A stretch of DNA of 63,771 nucleotides, filler included, from Choristocarpus tenellus KU-1152 (taxonomy: Eukaryota > Protista > Phaeophyceae), in the NCBI GenBank assembly GCA_964200185.2. It is 10 parts of 10 records of this genome, joined end to end, with 100 filler letters (N's around TTAATTAATTAA, not from the genome) between each part and the next. Parts side by side here need not be neighbours in the genome. Positions count along the whole stretch, not along the records: positions 1 to 12,361 come from CAXNAD020001863.1; positions 12,462 to 18,065 come from CAXNAD020010272.1; 8 more parts are not named here. One strand, given 5' to 3'. Within the stretch, counting starts at the first letter, position 1; the number at the start of each line of letters is the position of its first letter. A program made the translations under genes and the position numbers. Of this stretch, positions 1 to 12,596 are shown in pieces. Under the pieces are notes generated by a model. That model did not search any database. It saw only the letters and a list, made by a program, of their open reading frames with translations, and was not told where the DNA came from.

Positions 1-1356
1 CCACACGTGCCACCAAATTGCACCAAAAAAATAAAAATCGAAAAAAGGGTGAAAAACAGACGCCGGCCCCCCCCCCCCCCAGATACTTTGACCCATTACA
101 TTAAGGATAAAACGAACAATTCTTGAAGGGAAGCAAAGAACAGAGCAGAGGCGAGTGAAAGACTGGTGATGGCGCAAGACATCTGAATCTATCTGAAGCC
201 AACAACGTGCCTGCCTGGTGAAGTACTCGTAATCTTTTATTGTAGTTAACTTCTTTGGTTACGTATTATTGATATCTGTGTGAGCTGATATAACAGTACC
301 CAATAAAGTTACCATGTGATCATCGTTTCTGTGGGTGAAATTCGAGACTCCCGTATTTCTCCAGTTATACATATATGTACCAATTCAATCATGTTAATAT
401 ACTACATACAATATATTAGAGCTTCATATGCATTCAGTATATATTTGTATACATTGGTTACGTAATGTACCCTTGTGCTATAACTCAACGTGAAAGCATG
501 TGAAAGCACGAAAATGAACCTGTGAGTGTCTGGGGGCACAGTCGAACCGTTTAGTTGTGTATCATCAGAGCCCTAGAGCACTATATGAATGGATGGATTT
601 AAGCTAGGACGGGCGTTTCTTCCTCTGTCATAACCCGTAGCTTTTCCTTTTTGGTTGATGTCACAAGTGGATTTGGTCATGTATGTTTTGGAAGGCATTT
701 GACTATAAGCAATGATGTTATCCAACACGAACAATGACGCACTCTGCACGTCCCTCTCCCCACGTTCTCAAAAACCACAAACTTCTTCGATACTTTGTGC
801 GGCAGCCCCCCAAAATGTCATCATAAATACAAGACCATGCATGCCTACAGTACCTGTGTATAGAATCAGGACCCCAGGCTTAAGGTTTGGTTGGTCCTAT
901 GATACTATTATTGAACCTCTAACAATTTATTTTGTACTACGTACACCTGTATTAGAAGGTGAATTGGGTGGTGTATGGGGTATATGGATGGTGTCACAAC
1001 AGATTTTTTGTTGCTGCGTATATCTATTTTATTTTATTCTGTACTATTTGAGTTCTATGTAGTATAATAAGATTAACGTAGTATACTTGGAGAAGTATAA
1101 ATGAGGATTTTTCCACAATGAGAACCCATTCAACGTTTTTATAAAAACCGTTTTAAAGCCACGTAGAGACTTAAGAAAATATATCCCCCTGAAATTTTTG
1201 AGTCAAAGTATATCAAATACAGAGTATTAGGCTTCATCCCGATCGACCGATGTATTACTCTGCCCTATGGTTTGCCTCTTGGAGCGGCGGCTTCTCACAC
1301 GCCCAGGCGATAAAGATGAGGACGAATATGGGTACATCGTGTCCTGACTTGAGTAG

Positions 1357-3361
1357 GACACATACTACGGGCGCACGCTTTGTCGTATTAGCAGCGAGTT
1401 ACGTGTATGTGACGGGGTTGGTGAAAAATCTGATGTGCACTCGCCATTGAATAGCAGCGTAAGTATTGTGTGTAGTAGAGAGACTGATTATCACTCGCTC
1501 AAGTGGTGCATTAACGTTTGTGGAAGGACGGTCCATATCATTGACTAACTAGGTGGTAAGGCATAATGAAGGTGTAAAGCTTATCATTTCAGTATGAGTC
1601 TTGATTTTCGAAATCGTGTGCGTTAGAAATCTCAGGTGCACACAGTACAAATGTTCGTTTCTGTGATTTGTTGGTCGGCCAATCTTGGGTTGGGGCTGGC
1701 TAGTGTATGTAGATATATATAAGGCGTCAATTCAGCGTCTTCCATGTAACGTATGCAATATGACCTCATCTTTGTGGGCTTTACAGTTTCAACTTGATAG
1801 AGTGCTCTGTGGATCGAGGATACAAAGGACGTCTAGTAAGGACACCTCGTACCTCTTGTCACTTAGAGTTCAGAGCTACCGCATGTCAGTTGATGAGGAT
1901 ATTTCTTGGTTAGATGGCATATATTCAGTAGTGGAAAGCTGGAGTTCTGTTTTTTGGGGGTACAACGGTGGAGCTCCAATATACGGTGGAGATCATGTTA
2001 TTGTAGACTTGATGCAGATTCGTTTTCGATGTCAGCATGAGTTTCTTTGAGAAATGAAACAGGTTTTACTTCGAGAAGTATACCAAGTGCAGTTATTGCA
2101 GCAAACTACAGCTATTTCCTGTAGTTGGAGTGTTTTGTGTCTATTGGTGACTACTCCTAAGGTAGTTTCAGTGCTCCTGTATGCCCTACATCAAGAGCTA
2201 TATTATTTACTGAACTACTTCACAATAGTTGTCTGGTAAGTAGTTTAACCCTGCCCTTTATTTCACAGCAGCAGTAATAGCTAATGTAGGCCCATTTTCT
2301 CGCAAGCAGGTGTTAAATTCACCCTGGTTTCCAATGCTGATGCACCACATGCACTTCCAAAGGATCATAGTTGTGTAGGTTAGAGGAACAATGTGACTAT
2401 TACCAGCTAGATAAGTCCATTCACTATCCACTATAAATCAACCACCATCATGCAAGCAATGGCCACTTAGACACCACGGCTGATGCTGCAGGGCGAACTA
2501 ATACAACAGATTGTCAACCAATGCCTCTCACCTGTTGTGGCATCCTCGTTCTTTTTTTTTTCTCTCAGGAGCCGTGCCGAGGCAGGCAAGATTGGCACTA
2601 CAAAGTCTACAACATCCAAGGGAAAGAGGTTAGTGTGCTATCACCATATCTTGCTACGAGACCATAAATAGCAGAATGTCCACAACCTCAGTAGATCACG
2701 GGTTATTAATTGGCGGCCAATGCATTGCGAAATGTCCTCATTGGCTTGTCTTGGTGAATGCCTGTTGACACCACTGGGGGGAGGTGCAATCTTGCGAAGT
2801 CTGCAAAAACGCACGGAGGGTGCTTGTCTGGTGTATGTCTAACCTGGTCCTGCATCACCACCCAAACTCTGGAAACAGTGTGTTGCTACTTTTGGGGGGG
2901 TGTTAGTCTGTCTGACGAATACACTCAGTGGTGTTTTGACCCAATGCAGGTCCTGATTCTCAATCCAGAGACAGCCATTGGAGGTTCTGCTGTACTTTTG
3001 ATTTGGGTGGCAGTGTAAGAGCCTCCTGCATTTATATATTCTTTCCAAGGCTCAGGCTCTAGAAAGGCAAACAGAATGGACTTATCTGCAACTTGAAATG
3101 CGATGGCGGACAGTGGTTTAGTATTTGATCATCTCGCTGGTAGGCCGGGGAGATGTAAGGGTCTCAACCATAGAGAGAAGAGGAGACTCATATGTAAACA
3201 CTAGGCCCACATCTGCTCTCATGCATCTTCAGTATGTACATAGATCTATCCTGAAATGAAGTGATCTAACCCTAACCCTAAGTGGTGTGGATACTGCCGG
3301 TACAGTACATACTTTCCGCCACGGGCAGTGCTGTTGTAAGTGTACTGATTAGTAGAACATG

Positions 3362-3403
<42 letters not shown>

Positions 3404-6400
3404 TGTACAAAGGTATTCTATACATTGGTGATGTATGTATATATATATATGTGTGTGTGTGTATATGCTGTTTAGAAAGCAGGACGGTATATTGTGTCGC
3501 TGAGTCTCTTGTGTGGTCATGTTAAGTCTCAGGGCTCGACGTGTCCTACACTATGTTGCATTGGGGTGATGTTTTGCTATCAGTGAGTGCATTGTGGCAC
3601 TGTCTCTTGTTTCTTCATTGTATACAATTGATTTGCCGATATAGGTGAAAGGATTTTTTTTTTATCTTGGCGAAGTCAAAAGGGGAGATGATTCTTATGC
3701 AAAGGCTCTAATTTCCTGTTTTCCTTGTGTATCCCCTGATAAGACTCTCCTGATGATATTGTAGACTGTGGGCGACCATTCCAGAGGGTCAATGATCCCT
3801 TGGCTCCTACTTTATCCTGCCTTTTGTTTACCCAGCAGGCAGGCTGGGGGGGAGGAAGAGATAGAGCATAAGAAGCTGCCCCCTCCCCTTCCCTATATCC
3901 CGGGAATTCATGCAATCTTGAAAACGGATTCAAGCAAGGATATTGCAGAAATTCAACAGCAAGGTCAATGTCAGGTGAGGCATGCTGTGAACTTGGGAGT
4001 GTCTTTTGATGATGGAAGTGCCCGTTTTTGTAGTGATGGGGGGATGGTACCAGGTGTTGAGAGAGTACATGTGTTGAATGAAAAATTCCTGGAACATATT
4101 TTTGACTCGGGTAGGTTTGGAAATCTACTCTGTAGCACTCTACAGAGCATTCTATAGCATTCTATGCATTGTGGATTTGTGTCATAGTGACCTGTAGCAT
4201 CACAAGACTGCTCTGTAGAGCTTTGGTCAACACCATCTTATGCCATAGCAACATATGTTCACGTATTGGCCGAGATCCTCTGCATGTGTGTGACAAAAAG
4301 CTTAAGTCGTACCCGATTCTGCTACTCACTGTAGTGTGTGAGATGCTTGAGTAGTTTTGCTATAAACCAAGTCAACCCTTGAAACAACCCGGTGGAGTCC
4401 ATTCTGTTCGAGCTGGTTTATGTACTCAAGACCAGTGATTGGCTGGAATATGATTTGGTTGGTTTTACTCAATCTGATAGATTTCTGGGGGGATGGCGAA
4501 TGAACGTTGAAGGCACATAGCTCTTTGGTGGTTTTTGGGAAGTCCTGGCATATACTATTATACCTACCACACGCAGTCGTCTGTTAAGCATATATATATA
4601 TATATATATATTAAAGGTCAGAAAGGCAATGTCTAGTGTTTAGATAGTAGTGGACTCTGTCAGAGGGATTCTCCTTTCTTTTTTTTGTTCACACCACTTT
4701 CACCGTCTTTTTCATTAGACTGCCGTGGATAGGGAGGGTTAGGGGGGTGTTTTCACTCTCTCCGTCCTCCCCCCTGCAAAATGAACGTGAAGGTGGATTC
4801 CTTGAGTGCTGAATATCGTCAATCGTGCTTGTGCCTGAACCAAGCCCATACCCCAAATTTTGATCTCCGGTTCGAAGGGCGTCTGTGATCCGATAGTTGA
4901 ATAAGCTGAATAAGCTGAATAAGCTGAATAAGCTGAATAAGCTGAATAAGCTGAATCGCTGTTCCTGCACAGCCTCGACACGTTCAATGTTAAAGGTCTC
5001 ACCCTAATGTCATCCATGTCATCCATGTCATCCATGTCATCCATGTCATCCATGTCATTTGTTCTTCATGTCTGCCACCCCTGGATTGCGGCCGCGGGTG
5101 CTTCTTTTACACCTTGGGAAATACACCTTGATTTTGCTTGTGGTAGCCCTTGGGAAATGAGGTCATAGGGGAATGTGTGAATCCAACAAGGGTCGTGGGT
5201 CGTGATACACCGTACCCCATGATGACTGGCGAGAGCGGATTGGACTCCAGACGCAGACGCCTGGCCAGGTGGGCAGCAGACCCCAGCCTAAGCGAGAGAG
5301 AACTTTCTGCACAGTGGGAGGCTGTCAAGGCTGCTCGAAGGGACCTAACAGAGGTGGGGGGTATGCCATGCCATTGAGGGTCATTGGATATTTTCTTACA
5401 GGGTTTTGTATGTACCGTAGTTGTGATAGTGGGAATGTTTTTTGGGAAGCTCATGATTCATTCGGAGGGGTTTGTATCCTTTCCAGTGATGCAGGACTCA
5501 TGGTTTTTGTCATGGCTGATGGGTTGAGGGATTAGGTCAGTGTTTAGGTCAGGGGAGGGGCAAGATAAGAGTATAGGCATGCCTCTGGACTTTCCTGAGG
5601 ATGTTCTGATGTTGGTGATTGATGCTCAAGGCCTGTCCTGGAGGATGCAAGCCACAGGTCCTGTCATTACTGTGGCTGTTGGAGTGATAGTCACTGCTTT
5701 AGAGGGAGGCGATTTTGGTTATGATGTCATTCTCCTGTTTGCCAACCCTGTAGAGTTGAGAACTATGTTTAGAGTGATGCTTTTCGGCCCTGTGTTATTT
5801 GTGAGGTCAATGTTAGTTCCACATTTTCATATCCATCAACTTCCATCTGCAAGCCACCGATATTTACCCTGTCTGTTCTACAGAACATTTTATGGAATTA
5901 CTTTAGGGAGCTAAAGTAGTACAGTACTGGAGTTCTTTCCGAAGTCCTTGACTGTGCTATCCTGACTGTATGCTGTACTTGGTCCCACCCCTGAACCTCA
6001 AATTGCTATACATTATTGTCTGGCAGTAGTCTTCTCACTTTACAGTTTTCCCATCTACCTCACCCTCCCTCCATGTGTGTGATTCTGAGGTTAGATAGTC
6101 TGTGTATACTTTTTCTTTATGCCACTCGAAGACCCATTACGAATTGCCATGTATCTTATTTCCTGTTCAAATCTAAAAACAAATGCCCTTGCTAGGTGGG
6201 AAGGGAAGAGGAGGACCGCGAGCGCCTGTACCTTGCCCTCCGTGCCAATCTTGTGGCAAAGCGTAGGATGTACCAATCCTTGAGGGTACCTACCAAAAGC
6301 CTTTTGTTGCTGCCCAAGGGTAGCTGCGGGTGCTTGCAGAACAGTTGTTCGCCTGGTTTTGGCTCCTTATGCCCAGAGAGTGGTTGCAAGACTTGGGACA

Positions 6401-9400
6401 GACATCCAGGTCGCCGCAGTGAGAGGGCTGGGGATGGTGATGAGTTCAGCGATGATGAGGAGATTGGGCGGCTGAAGAAGAGGGCAATGCAGGAGGCAGG
6501 GCTTGTGGGGGAAGGGGAAGCAAAGAGTGTTTGGGAAGGGTGGGAAGTGGAAGAGGACAGAGGGCCATGCAGATTTGATATGCAGATGGTGAGTAGTATG
6601 GAGTGGTATGGCTCAAAGTATCTGGGGTGTGTGTGTGGCGGCGGCTGTCCATTTGGGGTCAATTTTTTCATGTCGCGATTTTTGGTTGATTTGGTTGCAT
6701 ACTTCCGATGGAAAATGTAAATACACTTATCCTGATTTTGGTCCAAATGGACACCCTGGTGTAGCCCCCCCCCCCCCCACAGATACTTTGGGTCTACAGA
6801 TACCATCAGCTGACAAACTCATGCATCTTCTACTCTAGGATTGTTGGCTTGGGGGTGGGGTGTTGCCTGTTGGTGGCCACTTTTTCAGCTCCTCTTCTTC
6901 TTGGTAGAACACAGGTTACCATTTGCTTGCATCCATCTAATCGTGATCGATGGATAGTCAAGAACTGAGAATCAGGGAGGTTGATTTTCCGATACCCTTC
7001 TGTCTGTGACACATAGTCCAATCTTGTGCGCTCACACAACTTTTATAACGTGGGAAGTGCACTTCATGAGAATATGGTGATGTGGAAGATGATGAAAATC
7101 TATCTCTTTGCTTACTCCTATGGTCCATTGGGGCAATGGAAGTGGTGCAGAGTAGTAACTAGCCACTCAAAGTGTTTTTTTCCTCTCTTAAGGTCCGTCA
7201 CCGTCCTGGGGGTAAAAAAGTGTTTTTGGCTCAAGGCACCTCACGTTGCTCCACTGGCTGCAGCACTTTTCAACTAATCGCCCTAAGACCCTAACACTTC
7301 ATTGTGATGTTACAGTCCTAAGTCACATAATCAGCCAGTTCACAACCCTTCTTCTCACAGAGAGGTAACCCCAAACCTAACTCTAATCCTGACCCTAACC
7401 CTAGCCCTAACTCTTATCCCCCAAAATGACCACCAATCTCAGTATCAGAATGCTGTGAAGAACATATATAAAAATGACATCCCCTGCACTTCCAGATTTT
7501 CACCAGATTTGTACCACCCACCCACCCACCCACCCACCTACCCACCTACCCACCTACCCACCTACCCACCCACCACCCTCAGTAGTCAATGCCCCCGGTT
7601 TGTAATCAACAACCCCCCACAGCTGACAAGAAAAAACAAGAAAACGGGTGACTGTCCATTTTATGTGTGGCTCTTGTACCAGCTGTCCACTATGCCTGTT
7701 GATGTTGGCTAAAAACTCTGGATTGTTGTAATTGCTGTTGATGTTTCCTTGCGAGTGTATTTGATGTGTATGGACAGATGGAGGGCTGGGGCAGGGCATT
7801 AATCATGGTCCCAGGCTGATATTTGAGTGAGAGTTAAAGAAACAATGAAGAGGTGGATATTGAACTCTTTGCCCCTTTCTGGAGGCTATATATTTTTTAA
7901 TGAGGCTGTCATTCAAAAGGGAAATTGTTTCAACATGCTCTGTTGTAGTATGAGGTGAGAAAGACACGACAGATGCTATCATACAGGAGGACCATCTTCT
8001 GCCCTTTGACAATCACAACTTCATAGCCTTGCTGATTGGCTGGTCTGACATGAATTTACAATTATACTGGTATCCTCTCAAGTTGAGCACAATACCCCCT
8101 TCTCTTGACTAGCTCTCCTGTCACACCACTGACTTTTCATCTACTTGTGCACAATGTTTGCAACATTTGGAACACTCTTTGAGAAGGTTCTCGAGGTTCT
8201 TGCCAGCCGCAGCGAGGAGGTTGATGCTGCCTGGATTGAAAACCGCCGCCTCAAAGCTGCCCTGGGGCAGTCTGCCAATTCAAGGGGGAATAGTGAGGAG
8301 ATCAGCCTAGGCTGTGGTCAGGTCTTCGGTGCAGGGTATACAGGAGAAGTGGACAGGCCATCAAGAAGAAAGGCTTTGGTAACGAGATCAGTGACAATGG
8401 ACTCCAAGTCAAGAAAAGATCTTCATTCTGGTACTTGCCAAGGTGGATCACAGCTTCCCTCACCATGCCCCCAACTTGAGGAGCTGCTACAAAAGTGGAA
8501 TGAGATCAGCAAGTTGGCAGAGGCATGGGGCCCGGAGGATAAAGAGGAGGACCCTGAAAGGGTGCTAACAGTGGGTGAGCTCAAAATGGTAGATTATTGA
8601 TCAAGGGTGGGATGGGTGGAGAGGAAGTAAAGCTACCTGCTACTGATATTGTGCCTGGATCTTGACATGGGAGAGTTGGTTGGTTAATTGTGTGCAGTGA
8701 TTGGGTTATGCTATTGCTTTCAAGTAAGGAGTTTGCTCGGTTTGGTGAACAAGCCCTGAAGGGGCGGGGTAAATTTGGTGAGAGGTAGAATATAGGAATA
8801 TTTGTTTAGTATACATTCTTCAAAAGTGATGTGATCTTTGTGTTGTGCCTTTAATGCACTCTGCTTGAGCTGGGAATACCACAGGTATATCTCTGTGTGT
8901 GTATGTGTCTGTGTGTCTCTCTGTGTTTAGGGTAACTGACTGTGGATTTTGAATCTGTTGGTGTTGTGGGTAAGAACAGTTTGTTGAACTTTATTTAGAT
9001 ATATTGGCAACGATGGACTTGGTGTAGAATGGTCAGCTGTTCGAGGTTGATTTAATGGAAAGGTGGATTGGGGCATCAGGGAAGTTTCAAGGCCACTGTT
9101 CAGCACCCACCAAATGCATTGTTGAAGTGTTTTGAATCAGTTGGTGTAAATTGTGATTGTTTATGTCGAGATACCAGTGGTTGATTGTAAGGGATGTGTC
9201 AAAAGTAGAAGAAGAAAATTGAGGTTTTTCGTGTAGTTAATTCTTTAGGCAGTTGGTGCCTTGGGTCATCCTTAGGGCTTACTTACATTCTTTATTTCTC
9301 TCTCTATGAGAATGCTCTACCTTTATACGAATTTCAAAAGGATGTACTATCTGAAGGTATTCAATCAAAAGTTGACAATAATGCTCTTCACAATAGCAAG

Positions 9401-9914
9401 GTTAGTCTCCTGTATCCATTTCCATGATCCCCATGTTCACCTCCCAGTTCCGACACCCTCCCATTAGTACTGACTGCATTAGTGAAACATTTGCATGTTC
9501 ATGCCCAGGATTGAACCAGAAGAAGGTGCAGTGGTTTCCTACAGGGCTTCCAGCGCAGGCGTCTGACATGCAAGAGGTTAGTGGGGCAGGGGGCGATAAA
9601 TGCAATCCGCTAAGGCTGAGGCTTTTGGTGTAGGGTACAAGATTGGGGTCATTATCGGGGTCATTGTCAGGGTTAGGGCACACAGCAAATGTACTTTGAT
9701 ACCAAGCTTGAGGGGGTAGGTCATGTATATATATATGTGATCTACTATGAAAAAGCAACATTTGCAGTGATGTGATGGCATTGAGCCAATAGGGTGTGCT
9801 TGAACTGCGATGTTTATGTAGCGTTTACGCCTACAATCAATAGACCTCTATCAATAGTAGACATGGTTGCTGTTATTATTGTTGAGTGTTGCCGAGATAG
9901 ACATAAACTCATAC

Positions 9915-9976
<62 letters not shown>

Positions 9977-11220
9977 AAGACCTGTAGACTTCAGGTTTTG
10001 TATATTTTAGTGTGCTGATTGGTGGAAATGGGACTTGTGAACAGTACCGATTGGCCAACTGTTGTTGTAAACTTTATTCGGTGTGTGTGTGCCATAAAGT
10101 CCTGTATTCTCATTGGGTAGTATTGTTACCCTTGGACTTATCCCAACGACGTTTTTCTTGAAGACACCTTATGCTGCATTATCAATGCCGATGCTATTTT
10201 TGTTCAATAGAACATGTTTGTTTTGCTACTTATTAAATGGTCTTGATGGTGATGATGGTGTGACTCTCAGTACTCTATTTCTCATGTAAGGAGTCGCCAT
10301 TTTTTTTTTTTAAGCTTTTGAAACGGCTGGGGAATGTTGTTCAGTAGTTTTCGAGGTGTCTTCAACGGATGGGTGAGGGAAATGAGCAGGCTGGGTATGT
10401 AATCATTTTGTGTTGTGTCAACTATCAAAGATTGTATCGCAATCTATGTATTTCGGCGACTTGCTCTATGAATTTTGTTTGGCATATGTTTTCATGCTGT
10501 GAGCATGCGTGTTTGGTATGTGGTATAGTCACGTAATCCCTGCTTTGTACATGGAACGTGTCTGGTGTTTACTACTGAGAGATCAGAACTAGGAAGCAGC
10601 ACTCTTGTTGTGTCTGAAGGGTTGTAGTTGCGACCTATCTTACGATCAATGCTGAATTGCTAGCGAGATCTGTACCTATGTGGCTGAATGGCAAGACTTT
10701 CCTTTTCAAATGTGGAGTAATGCTTGCATGAATCGAACTGAGTTTGACCTCTGCAAGTTCAGACAAGGATTCAAGGCTACAGTAGGTGGCTACGGCTAGA
10801 GGAGTCCCCCTTCCGTGCCTCTACCTTTGTTTGGTTTGGCAAGAAAATTGCAGTTCCCCATGCTGTTGTTATGATCAACGCTTGAGAATCTCTCATCTCC
10901 CCCCCCCTGCCAACCCTGTTGAGCCTGGTACAAAGCACTAACCCCCGACAACTTGCGAAACCCTTGGACAGCAACAGGAGTACGAGAAGCTCCGGAAAAG
11001 GATTGACAACTTGGTTCGCCAGGCATATTCACGATACAACTACCAGGAAACCAGCCGGAGCCTGCTCGTGGAAGCCAGGTGCAAGGCTGAGGAGTCAGCG
11101 ACTCGGGTGATGTCTGCAGAGGCAGAGCGGTTCAGGGCTGTGAGACTGCACCAACAGCGGGTGGCAGCACTTGAGCAACGGATGTCTGGGGGAGGAGGGG
11201 CGGTGAGGGGAAAAACGTGA
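1357..11220 (+). CDS. Multi-exon gene of unknown function with predicted coiled-coil segments (start codon not identified)
   Basis: Phase-consistent AG..GT exon chain: 1357-1458, 1787-1908, 2569-2628, 3839-3974, 5147-5353, 6196-6588, 8187-8574, 9509-9576, 10978-11220 (TGA). Branch-point-like CACTAAC at 10936. Helical charged segments such as ERELSAQWEAVKAARRDLTE and EYEKLRKRIDNLVRQAY...RVAALEQRM. The 3' exons are better supported than the 5' ones. No family recognised. Confidence 0.55.
3365..3402. repeat. (TG)n microsatellite
   Basis: Perfect TG run in an intron. Confidence 0.95.
4898..4956. repeat. 9-bp tandem repeat (TGAATAAGC) x ~6.5
   Basis: Read directly; gives the SAY/LFS repeats in the ORF track. 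Confidence 0.95.
5007..5058. repeat. 9-bp tandem repeat (ATGTCATCC) x ~5.8
   Basis: Read directly; gives the MDD repeats in the ORF track. Confidence 0.95.
6610..6794 (+). mobile_element. MITE family A copy
   Basis: Termini GGCTCAAAGTATCT...AGATACTTTGGGTC, subterminal G/C tracts, internal GTCCATTTGG/CCAAATGGAC inverted motif. Homologous to copies at 17506, 24364, 41860 and 59246. Confidence 0.9.
9918..9975. repeat. (CA)n microsatellite
   Basis: Perfect CA run. Confidence 0.95.
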
Positions 11221-11830
11221 GGCAGGGGGAGAGGGGTCTTCTCAGGTCTTGATTTGGTTGGGCCATGTGAACACTGTGTACGTGATTCGTGGTGTGACTT
11301 TGACTGCAATTAATGTTAGGCTTGATTTAGGTCTGTTTTGTTCACCTAGTTAATTCCGTTGAGGTTGCAAAGGGGTTGTTTGTTATGGAAGTTCAAACCT
11401 CAGGGAAACGATGTGTTACTGATGTTGTCTATAATATTTCACGTCAGAGCATGGTAGGTCTGAAGTGTGGGCGAATCACTAGCTGATGTCTTCTCCTGCT
11501 GTTCAGATCTATCCAGAAGAGTTCATGCAAATTTAGTGTCTATTTGGGCTCCGTAAGGGCATGTTACTGCATTATTTTTCTTTCATACTACTCCCTCTCT
11601 CCCGTAGGTCTGGGCCGTAAATGTTTTTTTGTGAATAACTTTTCGAATGTGAGATTCAGAAATAACAATTACTGACTAATAATGTTCGAAAGCCAATAAC
11701 TTTGGCTCGCGCATAGATATCTTCAAAATATTTTTTCATTTCGAAATGGTTGAGAAACCGCCCTCTAAACACAAACGTTTTTTTCGGAAATGGCAGATTT
11801 AGAAGAAAAACCCCCCCGGCAAAACCGGCC

Positions 11831-12348
11831 AAAAATGGATGGAAATGAATGATAAATGAATGATGGTTAATCGACCATAATGTCTCAACCAGACGTCTGA
11901 TGTAGGGTTAGGGTTAGTTGTTTTGGATTCCTTGGCGTTTTCGTATTTAATTAATTACCGTCACTCTCATTCTCTCCCTCAATCTACTAAGTTGTGCCCG
12001 AGTTGTACACGTCCCTGTCAATGGGGATCAAGTGATCCAGACACCAACAGGAGAAAATGAGAGTGACTAGTAATGCAAAAAAAAAGAAAGAAAATGAATC
12101 GAATGCAAAAAAATCATAAATATTTTTTTACTTTAGACAGAGTCAAGAAGATGCTTTTGCTCTAGCAAAAATCTTGAGTACTGATCTAAGGACTATAGGA
12201 GTAAATGATGTTTTTAATAGTTTTAGTAATGTTTTTAAATGTTGAGGGATAACACCCGTCAAAGAATCCAACGCGACTAACCACGTCTTCATTGGAGGTC
12301 TGGCTGAGACGTTATGGCCGATTAATCATCATTTTCAGCCATTTTTTT
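11831..12348. mobile_element. Foldback / long-TIR non-autonomous element
   Basis: About 11859-11940 (AATGATGGTTAATCGACCATAATGTCTCAACCAGAC...) is the imperfect reverse complement of about 12256-12333 (...GTCTGGCTGAGACGTTATGGCCGATTAATCATCATT). Inner pair GTCACTCTCATTCTCTCC / GGAGAAAATGAGAGTGAC. Confidence 0.7.
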
Positions 12349-12361
12349 GGGGGGGGGGAGG

Positions 12362-12461
12362 NNNNNNNNNNNNNNNNNNNNNNNNNNNNNNNNNNNNNNN
12401 NNNNNTTAATTAATTAANNNNNNNNNNNNNNNNNNNNNNNNNNNNNNNNNNNNNNNNNNNN
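12362..12461. other. Artificial contig spacer (44N-TTAATTAATTAA-44N)
   Basis: 100-bp linker with stops in all six frames. The same linker occurs at 18066-18165, 26385-26484, 31060-31159, 35398-35497, 39205-39304, 44517-44616, 54631-54730 and 60113-60212. Confidence 0.98.
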
Positions 12462-12596
12462 GAGTTTGGGGGGGGGTGGGGTTAGAGGTGTGTTTTCTTC
12501 CTTTTTTTTTTTGTGCCCCCCCCCCCCCCCCCCCACCGCCATGATGCCTGCCCTCATGCTCACTGTGAACGATGATGGTGGTGATGTCATGTGTAG

